NCBI GenBank assembly: GCA_977020255.1
Contig: CDROCS010002076.1
Coordinates: forward strand, 1-64,000
Length of the DNA: 64,000 nucleotides
Source of the DNA: Obrimoposthia wandeli
Lineage: Eukaryota
Direction of reading: 5' to 3'
Shown here one piece after another: positions 1-10,198 of the stretch (the stretch's first letter is position 1; each line of letters starts with the position of its first letter). A program made the translations under genes and the position numbers. The notes under the pieces are model-generated. The model searched no databases and was not told the origin of the DNA. It saw only the letters and a list, made by a program, of their open reading frames with translations.

Positions 1-9
1 GAAAAACCG

Positions 10-3000
10 TTAAATTCGGAGGTGTCCATAAGCCCAGGCTAGCGTTCTTTTCTACCCAAACGCCTTTGTCGTCATTACTACTCAAAGCGATTTTGGTTTA
101 TTTAGCAGAGATACAGTTGATGGGCTCTTAAAATAAATCTAGTTTGCTCAACGCTCCAATACACCCAGTATCATAAAATTTCGGTAGGCCTCATGTGTAA
201 GATTGTTTCTTCCCACACCCTTTGCTCTCATTGAACATGTATTATTAGATGCATGTAACCTGTAGCATTTAGGGCATAGGAAAATACAATGATCATACGA
301 AACCTGTCCCTCGCTTTTATCCTTAAATTTCCCGATAATATCCTTTAAACTCATAGAGTGTAGAGGATGGTTAGCAGAAGTTATGGGTATCCTATTGTCC
401 CCAAACATTGCCGGTAATAATTGATTATCTAAACTAACATTCCTACATTCTAAAAAGAAAGAGTCAGTGTCCCCAGATGCGATTTTGATCTCACAATTGA
501 ATTCTTGTCGATATTTCTCTAATTCTATGTATTGAAGCTCGTACATTCTGAATTTAGAAATGTCTAAAACCGTTTGACCTATATAACTAGGTCGATCGAG
601 ACAAATACTCTGTTTTCCTAATAACCAAGTCATCTGCAATTGAAAAACTACGCTTGAAGTTGTACTTGCTAGTATATGTTATTATTTTACGCTCATCATT
701 GCAAAACCGTAGACAAATACGTTTCCGCAGTCCTCTACAGTTTTCCAAAGAGGCTATTACTTTTTAACTTCGTAAAAATCCCGATCGAATTTGCTGATGG
801 CCAAATTACGTTTCTAGGAATTCTTCTCAATATAGTCTTTAAACACAAAGTTTTAACTGAATCTTATAGCACGATGAATTCGAATAACTTTCTCGCAACT
901 TTAAGTAGAATTGAAGAAGCCCCAATGCACAACACTCCGTTCAACTTGTCTTCATGGGTTAACAATAATTTCTTAACCTTTGAATTAGGTGGGCATTGAT
1001 GAACAAACGCTACTGGAAGATAATCTAATTTATGATGCACATTGGGAGGGATTGTTTGAAGTCAACCTCAACCAAATAGCCGATATCTGATGAAACTGTA
1101 TCGATAGTAGCCAAATCTGTCATCAACTTATTCAACTCTTCTTCATCATAAACCCACTTAAATTTGGCATAAGGAAGGGTTGAGTAAGCGCCCCACCAAT
1201 ACAAATTATTGATGTCGATGTACAGAATCTCCGTGATTGATTTTTTGACAACATGATGTTTGTTGACAAAAGTCATTCCACCGCGTACCATAATCATACA
1301 TTTGATACATCGCGGGATCTTGCAGTAACTCGATATTAATTTTAAGAGTTTTTATTGCTGTTGCCCATGAAAGACCAGGTAAACTAAAGAAATGCATGGG
1401 ATCTAGCCCATCTTCTGCTAAAGATCACTTACACGAAAGGACTCAAAAACATCAGCTAAAAAGATAAATGTCTAACTTCATATAATAAAGCATATATTCT
1501 AAAAGATTTCGACAATTATTCGTCCAAAATGTACAGGTTTCATTATAGTCTTGAAGACTTACACCCTCAAATTCAGTTATGGTGGGATTTCAGTTGTATT
1601 TTCTAAATCTGCAAAGTTTTCGCAAATTTATGGATGGAAAAATCCCCTTATCATTAACCGAAGCTGGGAAAGACACTGACTGTGTGATTGGCCATGCATT
1701 TAAAGATGCCGTTAAATTTTTTAAAGACCCGCTCAAAAACTGCAGAATATCTATGAATCTTAAACTGCAGAATTCAGTATATGCAAGTTAAAGATAAATA
1801 TTTCTCTGATGTATACAAAAATTTCCCAAGAGCTTAATGTACCCAACGCGTATTTAAGTATATGATGCAAATCATATCCTTTGAGGTTATGAAACACGAT
1901 GTGAATGCGTGGTTTTTAGGGAGTCGGGCCAAGGTTAAAAGGTTGCACGACGCTCCCAAGTATCGCCCCGTAACATGATCATGATCTCTGACTAGCAGAC
2001 TGGGTTCACACAAATAACATAATCTACAAGAATTAAAATTAACCCAGTCTATACCTGTCATGATCATTGCTTGATAAACATTAAGATCATACCACGGTTT
2101 GACAATTGTTGTTCCTAATTCTTCTAATTTTAACATAAAATCTAAAATACAATTTGGACAGGAAAATTTATGATACTGTGTAATATTGGGGCCTAAGAAT
2201 AGTAGTCCTGCCGAAGCCGGTAGGTGAATATTCTTATACTGGTCGTGCAATGCTAGAATTGACTCAAAATCTGCATACACCCTGAATTCCACGGGTATGC
2301 ATTTTGCCCAATCCCTGAATTTTAAATCCTTATCCTTAGGCATGCTATATAGCGTATTGTCATCAGGATTTAGTGAACATAATGTCAGATGTTTGCTGTA
2401 CGAGAGCTCGGATCGGAATCCATGTAAACATTTATGACACCACTTACACCTTATCCTAACCGGTAAGGCTCCATTATCTAAATTTAGAAGACGATCTAAA
2501 TTGGGAATTGCAGGATAATGGAATTTATTATTCTGTTTGAGCAAAATTAAGTTGACCTGAGTCCCCTCATTTTTGCTCCTATAAATTACATCTACAAAAG
2601 GATTTTTAAAAATTTCTTCATCTCTTACATTAACTGGGATATCAGTATTGTATTTGAATACATTAATACTCAAGTTATTAAGATGTTTAAATCTTGATAT
2701 CGCAGTTAATTTAACAGAAAAATCTATTCCATGATACTGCAATTCATTTAAAAAAGGGGTATATTTACTGACACGCTCTCTATGCTCAGTAATTACATCC
2801 CTTTTGAGGATGGCCAACACGCTATACAGAAAGCAAAGGTTATCACTGTTTTGTATGTTAACAATGGAACGTGAAAGTTGAAGAGATCTAGATGAAGGAA
2901 TGTATGAACTCCCCGAAAGATATATCATATCAGTGAACTTTGTTAGAACAAAGCTAACATCGTGAATTCTAACTAGAGTCCATCCACTAATTAACTCGCT

Positions 3001-3237
3001 ATAATTAGCAATTTTTTCATCTAGGTTTCTTCCAATTTCAGTTACAAAATTATCATAGAAAACAGTTGCTTTATGTGAAATTACCCAAGTTTTAGTTTCC
3101 TCATTGACATTTTTAAACTGCACTGTTGCGCAAAATTGAACCTTAGCCTGTTCTAATTTAGTCACTTCTGATTTTAAAAGATTTTCAATATTTGAATTTA
3201 CAGCTACGTTTAATAAAATTTCATTTCCTAATGGCAC
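10..3237 (-). pseudogene. Protein-primed family B DNA polymerase (pPolB), frameshifted
   Basis: SGWTLVRI...GSSYIP...IVNIQNSDNLCFLYSVLA; Zn finger CHKCLHGF...HLTLC; ExoI VYADFES; EndoVII/HNH-like RDHDHVTGRYLGASCNL; motif A YIDINNLY; motif B (K)SNSLFGKTVE; motif C SGDTDS; stop TAA at 10-12; split over several ORFs. Confidence 0.93.
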
Positions 3238-3348
3238 ATTAACTATAACATATTTATTATTTAGGTGATACTCTATAGTAGTTTGGTGGGACCTTATTAA
3301 GAAATTGGCCTCGCCTCTTTCTTCCTACAGTCGCTGACAAACCTCCCC

Positions 3349-4375
3349 CTAATCGAACGGAAGACAACTATTTATATTAACAGTTGACACAAACGCAGCT
3401 GAGGTTGAAGGTGCTGCTATTGGACATGCTGCCGATGTTGAGGCAATCGCAGCTGATGTAGTAGATGCTGCTGTAGTAGATGCTGCTGTAGTAAGTGCTG
3501 CCGCAGTTGTAGATGCTGCATTTGGAGTAGTAGCCGACATTGCCGACGAAGAAGCGGCTGTTGTAGAGGCTTATGCTGCTGAAATAAATATATTAAAAAT
3601 AAATATATTTTTAAAAATTATTACCTCTAAGGCATGCTAACATCGATGTAGGCACTCGCGATGGGGGAGGCATAGGTGTCGTAACGGATGATGATTGTAT
3701 CACGGTATTTCCTGAATAATAAATAAAAATAAAATATATATAATTACAATAATATATATAATTACAATGTTAAAAAATAATAATAAAAAATACCTAATGA
3801 AGGCAATCCAACTGTAGCTGGAATGAAGTCCTCTTCATTGACGGAATCCATCCAGCTGTCGTCCGTTATCTCGACGAAATCGGATTCTTCGATGGTCTCC
3901 AACCAGGAGTTATCGCTCCATTGCTCCATCTCGAAATCTGACTGGGATATGTCGTTCATCCACTCATTGTTATTCATTTGAGTGGATGGGGCAGAATCAG
4001 GAGACGGGAGACCAATCGCAGGACCGTAAACGGGTTGATCGACTGCAACTGGAATTGGAGCATGTGCGGTCTGTGAATCGCGCACCAATTGCACGATATC
4101 CCTCTTCTTGTTGTTGGCCGTGAAACAGGATAGGTGAACTCGATGTTCACCGAAGAAGTCTCGAAACTCCTTCTCCTCCATTGTTCTGCAGAAGGGGCAG
4201 ACGAAGAATTGAAGCCCGCGAGACTTTGTCCGATAGTAGGCGGACATTATCTCCATGCAGGACTCTCCTCCATGCGGAGCCGAAGCACCACAATATGCTG
4301 GAAACAGGATACAAGTAATCTGAAATAATAAATATTAATATAGAAATAATAAGTATAGATTCTTACCATAGTCAT
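3349..4375 (-). pseudogene. Four-exon accessory gene: Cys/His-rich putative zinc-binding region, acidic Trp repeats, Ala/Thr/Ser-rich tail
   Basis: ATGACTATG at 4375-4367; introns 4320-4366, 3712-3793 and 3579-3624 all keep frame; TCILFPAYC...PH...SC...CPFCR...HRVHLSC; repeats EWMNDISQSDF / SWLETIEESDF / SWMDSVNEEDF; one premature TAA. Confidence 0.65.
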
Positions 4376-4584
4376 TATTTCAAATAGTCGGGGATTTTAA
4401 TGAAGAAAGTGTTTGCTTATATACTAAAATTTATGCACACATGGTCTTTTCCTATTGGATTAAAAACTTGAATTTTATTGAGAAAGATTGTTTATCTGTT
4501 AAATGGTCGAAAAAAATATTTTTTATTCCTCCAATCAAAAGAATTATTTGTAATTGAATGAAAATTATGAATTAGAAGAATTGT

Positions 4585-5075
4585 TTATCTACATGTCAAG
4601 TAATAATAAGATAGACTTAAACATATTTTATATGTGCAATGGTCACAATGACTACGATATGGACAGCAAATATTTCGTGCAATTTTTAATATAAGATCAC
4701 GTGAAATATTTAAAGTATTCAACCTCAATTTGGGAAAATATTTTTTAAAAGTCTTATACTTTTTTCCATCCATTTCATCTAAAACATAAAAAATTCCATT
4801 TTCAATATCAAAATTAGATGTTATTGTATCGAAAATACATATTTCACAAAAAGCCTTTTGTCCTTTCCATTTTAATAAAGGAAAGTAATTAATTAGATAT
4901 AAATTAGTAATTTTTATTTTTAGTCTTAACTTTTAAACGGGATATCTATTTGAAATATGAAATGCAAAGGATGAAAAACGTCGCATACATCCATAATACA
5001 TAATTCTTTTATAATATAATCACCATTTTTGTTAATGAAAGCCTCAAAATCTATGATATATTCCTGCTTAATTAT
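4585..5075 (-). pseudogene. Putative DnaQ/DEDD-fold exonuclease-like Polinton accessory protein, frameshifted
   Basis: Minus frame IIDFEAFINKNGDYIIKELCIMD (ExoI-like DxE) and C-terminal CCPYRSHCDHCTYKICL; resembles, from memory, a small invertebrate Polinton ORF family. Confidence 0.45.
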
Positions 5076-5170
5076 CTAAATTTGCAGCAAATCCCGTTGT
5101 TTATAACGAAAAAAATCATTAATCAAAAATTTATTAAAATAACAAAGTACTCAGGATTCAGTCTTTCATG

Positions 5171-5791
5171 TTAAGATTGGTATATATTGTCAATTCTCCT
5201 ATGAATATTAAAATAAATTATATTAAATGTAAACATACCTAAATATTTCGAAATTAAATTACATATTTTATCTCCAACAATTTCCGGAGTATTATTTTCT
5301 GAAAAGTAATTTTTTTTATAATCTTCCATTAAATCTGGAGATAATTTAATGTATAATTTATTCCAATTTTTATTATCCATCTTACTAAAAACATTATATA
5401 TAAATTTGTTTATATTTAGACAATTATGTAACATAATCAATAAAGACAAAATAATAATCAAAAAACTATATTTTTTTGTAGAAGGACCCTCTTCCGGTTT
5501 AATCTGGAGGATTCTCTTTCTTGCTGCTCGACGATTATCCTCCATCTCTTCTCTTCTTTTTTCACCCACCTTCTTCTTTTCCATTTCGATCTTCTTATTC
5601 CACTCCACGACCCTACGTCGTTCTGCTAGCCTCCTATCTTGTATCTCCATCCGACGATTCCACTCGGTCGCGAGCAGATTCTGATACAGATTCTGATTAA
5701 GGACCCTCTTTCTTAAGTTTCCTTTCTTCTCATTTCTCCGAATGTTTACTTCAATCTTCGTTACCAGACTCTTCATTTTAATGAATTCCAT
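5171..5791 (-). CDS. Hypothetical Polinton accessory ORF(s): Arg/Lys/Glu-rich coiled coil followed by a spliced MDNKNW... segment
   Basis: 206-aa ORF; TATA-like ctatatatata near 5825; GT-AG intron 5199-5238; the AT-rich middle may be a read-through intron. Confidence 0.45.
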   Translation of the reverse strand: MEFIKMKSLVTKIEVNIRRNEKKGNLRKRVLNQNLYQNLLATEWNRRMEIQDRRLAERRRVVEWNKKIEMEKKKVGEKRREEMEDNRRAARKRILQIKPEEGPSTKKYSFLIIILSLLIMLHNCLNINKFIYNVFSKMDNKNWNKLYIKLSPDLMEDYKKNYFSENNTPEIVGDKICNLISKYLGMFTFNIIYFNIHRRIDNIYQS

Positions 5792-6004
5792 TTTTTAATT
5801 ATGAAGAGGTTAATAAATTTGAACCTATATATATAAATTTCAGATATTTTTTAATCCAATTAAATTATTTTTATTTATCAAATGAGAGTTTAATAAATCT
5901 ATAACTTATCATTGCATTTAAACCTAATAAACTTAAAGATAGTATTTTAATATTTATAAATTTAAATTTTTTTAAAATAAATATTAAGAAGAAAACACAT
6001 GAAA

Positions 6005-7814
6005 TTAATTTTTATAAATTATATTCTTAAAAATCTTTACAAAGTCATCATTGGGATTATCCTCATCGAAATCCCTCCAACTAAGTATTATTGGAGAAAG
6101 CGGATCTGGCTCCTTCTTTGGCCGTCCCGGTTTCTTTTTCGGCTTCACCTGTTGTTGTACAGCAATTGTCCTTCCCTCAGGTTTTTGAAATAGTTGCCGC
6201 AACGTTTTGGGAGGAGATGCAGCCGATGTTGATGGCCCCGACATAGAAGTCCTCTTCCTCTTCCATGGGGCTTTCTTCTGTTTCTCCTCCTTCTCACGCT
6301 GAAGCTGGCGTGAGACGGCAATCTGTTGTCCTTGCGAACCTGGAAGCACTGCCGGTGTATCCAGTTCCGCCAGGAATTTATCCAATCCAGCTTCATACCA
6401 GGCCCTCTTCAAGTTCTGGCTGGTTGTTGGAGATGCAGTCTCCCAAGCCCTGGCCAAATTTGATGTCTCCTGTAGACATCGTTGACTTGAAGGCGGACTA
6501 ATCTCGATCGGTGAGACAGGGATCCTCTCGTATAGAATTGGCCCGTCGTCTACTGGAGATGGGAGAATCTCCTGCCGTCCAATCACCGTCTCAGAAGAAT
6601 GTCGAATTGAGGTGGAACATTTTCTCGAGCGTTTCGTCTTCTTCACCTCTGCTCGCTTCGTCCGTTTCTTGGGGAAAGGAGTAATTTCTCCCCATTTCTC
6701 CTCAATTATCTGGACGGGTTCCTGCAAAATATTAATAAAATTTAAACATATAAATAATTTACCTCAATGACGGGCAGGTTAGCCTGTTTCACCAACTTGG
6801 CCTTCTTCCGATGGACCGTGTGGGTTTTGACCCGATGGCGTTGCGGTTTCCCTACTGCCGCTTGCTTCCTATCCACCGGTTGAATAGGCGTCGCCTCTTC
6901 GAGAATGTTGTCCATCTATGTGAATTATTAAATTTAATATCTAAATAATTTACCTTAAAATTATCTGGAGACGCTAGGTATCAGAGCTGACTCCTTGGCT
7001 GCTCCTGGCTACGATTGACTCGCCAAGTACTGCAGTTCTATGAGCCTCTCCGCCATGGTCACTGACGGTGCCAAATCCAGTTGAAGTTTCTGAAAATGAA
7101 ATTAAAAAACATTTAAAATAAATGATGTCTAATCTCATTCGTCGCTTTTATTCTCTAACAGGAGTTTCGGCCTTTTGAATGGTTCAGGCGTTGTATTATC
7201 CGCTTTCGGAGTAGCAGAGGGAGTGAGATCATCCCAATCGTCAGTGAACAGGTGCCACTCGTCCTCATCGTCAATTCTGCCACCATCGAATCGTTGGCTC
7301 CTGGGGCTCGGATTCTTGGCTGTATCCATTCGTCGATGAATAGAGTCAAGTCCTCCTCTCCATTCGACGGTACGTCATCGGTGAACAGCTCCTCGTCTGA
7401 GTCTGGTGCGAGGACTTTCTCCGGCTGAGACAGCAGGATCAATTTCCATGGCCAGGATCTCCTTGCTGCTACTGCCAAAGTTGCTGGACGAACAGCTTCT
7501 GTGTTCAGCCTGGGAGTACAGTATTCCCAATTCTCCATCGAATCCTGACTAGTCAGGTCGATATATTGGGATCTCTGTACCCCGCCTCTCACGTCCATTG
7601 GTTCTTCTCTTGGAGTTGAGATGGCCAATGGGGCTTCTTCTTCCAACAGGTCCGCTCTTGCTGCTGATTCTCCTTCGCTCACCACCGATGAGTCTTGACT
7701 ATGTAAGTCAATGTATTGCGACGGTGGTGGCGTTCGCTGCTGCACTGGAGAGAGTTCCCCATAGAGTTGAACCTCCATCTCTTCATCCAAATCGACGTTT
7801 TTGAAAATTGGCAT
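6005..7814 (-). pseudogene. Multi-exon disordered acidic/basic accessory gene (first gene inside the terminus)
   Basis: GC-richer coding blocks separated by AT-rich introns 6916-6953 (38 bp) and 6722-6762 (41 bp), plus an acceptor at 7090; YIDLHSQDS/YIDLTSQDS duplicate; basic KKRTKR, KRKR and KPKKKPGRPKK clusters; frameshifts present. Confidence 0.6.
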
Positions 7815-8193
7815 TCTTGATTCTTGATTAATGAAAAATAATGAAAAGAGGTTTCCTTATATACAAAAAACAAGAGACAAACCCTTTTTTAATCATCCAA
7901 TGAAAGTGGGTTATTCAAATAATTTATTTGAAAAACTATAGGCTTTTATCAATTTTTTAACTACGTTTGAATGCGAGTATGTCATTGGATAAAAAAATAT
8001 TTTATTTGAAAATAGTATTATTTTCTGAAGTTTTTGTTGCTTAAGTTCAACGTCCAATGAGAACGTATTATTCAAATAATTTATAGTAATTTCTTAATTT
8101 TTGTTGATGTTTGAATACATATATATCTTTGGATTTAAAATAGTAATATTTTCTTGACTGTACATGTTTGAAGGGTATAAATTTTTATTTCAG

Positions 8194-8334
8194 AGGTCAT
8201 TTAAGGTCAAGTTAAGGTCATGACCTCATTAGATCAAGGTCATTTAAAGTCATCATGAGGTCCAGGTCATTTAAGGTCATGTTGACTCATTCTATGACTC
8301 ATCTATGACTCATCGATGACTCAACGATAACTCA
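8194..8334. promoter_or_regulatory. Cluster of AGGTCA half-sites (DR4/DR5/IR0) followed by tandem TGACTCA (AP-1 consensus) sites
   Basis: AGGTCA at 8194, 8204, 8215, 8237, 8264, 8274; TGACCT at 8221; TGACTCA at 8283, 8295, 8306, 8317. The motifs are seen directly; function is inferred. Confidence 0.5.
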
Positions 8335-8779
8335 TCCGAATAAAATGAAAATGTTGAAATCATTTCCAATTTATGTAGTTGATGATTTAAAATTTTTTGC
8401 GACGATATATATATGTATCTAGATATAAATTCTTATAAAGAATTTTTTTTTCGCAACCCTGTATATGTATTGCTCGTCAAACCACTGCGGGCCCGGAGGG
8501 CACGCTTTGGTCCACTAAACGGCCTCTCAGGACCTTCCTCACTTTTTTGGGAGCATTATGAGATTTTCAATTTTAAAGGGTGTCATATGGGGTTAATTAG
8601 TTTTTTGAGTGTTAAGGGGGTAGAAAATTTCACTCCACACACATGTGCGAAATTTCACTCTACACACATACACGTTTTTAAAGGACATTGGGGGAGAGGG
8701 TGTGGATTAGACCGGATACATCCACCTACTGTATTTAGAAACTGCTTGGTTGCAGACGTTTGGGATGGCAATTTGTAGA

Positions 8780-9330
8780 GAATTTGTAGAGATTGGTTTC
8801 AATGGCTTAGAAAGACAATGATGTGAAAGACAAAGAATGCTCTGGTGCAGCAGAAAGTTTCAATAAAATTAATTAAAAGCATTGCTTGAAGAAAATTCAT
8901 GTAAAAGACTGAAAGACCCGCCAGACTCATTAAATGTCGATGAATCGACTGTAGGTAAATGTTTAAAATAACTGGGAATGATTCACAAAACAGAAACATT
9001 TGCTACCACATGATTTGAAAGAAAGATACATTAAAAGGGAAGTAATTTTTGTCCCGATTTGTTACTGGTGACAAAAAATGGATTTATAACGATAATTCAG
9101 GGAAAAATTCATTACAAAACGGAATCAGCGCGCAATTAAGGCTATGTTGTGTATTTGAAGGGCTTTTTGAATTATGACCTGCATGAACCGTCTGCAACAA
9201 AAACTTGAGGGTAAACGGCCATAATAGGCCAAAAGACATGACAAATGCTAAACCACACAAAAATGTTAGTACTGCGTCGATAGGATGTGTCACCTCACTC
9301 TACTTCAATCGAAGTACCTCTTCATAATTT
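8780..9330 (+). mobile_element. Mariner transposase remnant
   Basis: Fragments DWFQW..DVKDKECSG, GMIHK..LPHDLKER and FLSRFVTGDKKWIYNDN (mariner VTGDEKW motif); heavily frameshifted. Confidence 0.7.
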
Positions 9331-9744
9331 CTTTTAATATTAGGGTTTATTTTGAACAATGCAAAACTAAGGGAATTTAATATTTCTGCAATACATTTAT
9401 AATTTAAAAATCGTTTTATAAAAAAATTGGAAAAATAAGTGCAGATAAAAGAAAGTAAAATGACAAAATTTGCGAATTAAATGTATTATATGTCAGTTTT
9501 AGCCAGTTTATTTTTCTAGTCAAGTCTTCAAAATGACCCTTTGTAAATTAAATTTAAAATTAGATCTGACCCAATTATTTAGGAAAAAGAGAGTTGTACT
9601 AAAGTTTGAGATAGACTATACACACGTGTTCTATACGTATGTATTTTACTTCTATATCAGAAATTAATCAAGTTAAAAGATTAAACTTTCCACATCGGTA
9701 TATTTAAATTAAAATGGTATATTAACAATTGAATATGATTGTAG

Positions 9745-10198
9745 ATCAATGACGAGATGGTGAGCTACAAGCCCAATGTGGACTACACATCAATACTCAT
9801 CGACAGTCGGACCGCTCCCAACCTGGGCTGGCCCCTCAGTCTCCATCGACCGATGTACGCTGATATCACTGGTCTGATGACAGGCCACGATTTGGTAATA
9901 ATTTATATAGACTTACTACTTACAATTGACAATACTAAATCCCAGTTTAGAATTTACAAATGGATAATTGAAAATATTTAAATAAATTGTCTTCACTAAC
10001 TCAGACCAATTTCTACGGCTCGAAAATGATTGCAGTCACAGTGGAGTGTCTGGGAACAGGGGGATGTGGATTAGGAGATCTAGAGCTACGCCTGGAGAGT
10101 CAAGGAGGCAGTACGGAGTTGATGTATCGAGGAAACTCATCATCAGGAGACGTCGTGATGCGAGAAAAATCCTCTAAAGGTCACTGGAGTTTGACAAA
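9745..10198 (+). CDS. Laminin alpha exons 9745-9894 and 10005-10198 (L4 domain)
   Basis: gtag|ATC...TTG|gtaata and tcag|ACC...AA|gtgagt; INDEMVSYKP...GHDL then TNFYGSKMIAVTVEC...HWSLTK. Confidence 0.8.

Larger units (their letters stand above)
1..8730 (-). mobile_element. Polinton/Maverick element copy 1 (decayed; continues left of the window)
   Basis: pPolB on the minus strand plus accessory ORFs; terminus ...GTGGATTAGACCGGATACATCCACCTACT ending at 8730 (reads AGTAGGTGGA on the minus strand), an AGT-type Polinton end matching 14795. Confidence 0.9.

Noticed and set aside
8413-8778. 121-aa ORF and the 14854-15234 ORF start
   Set aside because: They run through non-coding terminal repeats; the second is a chimaera that enters pPolB only at ~15055
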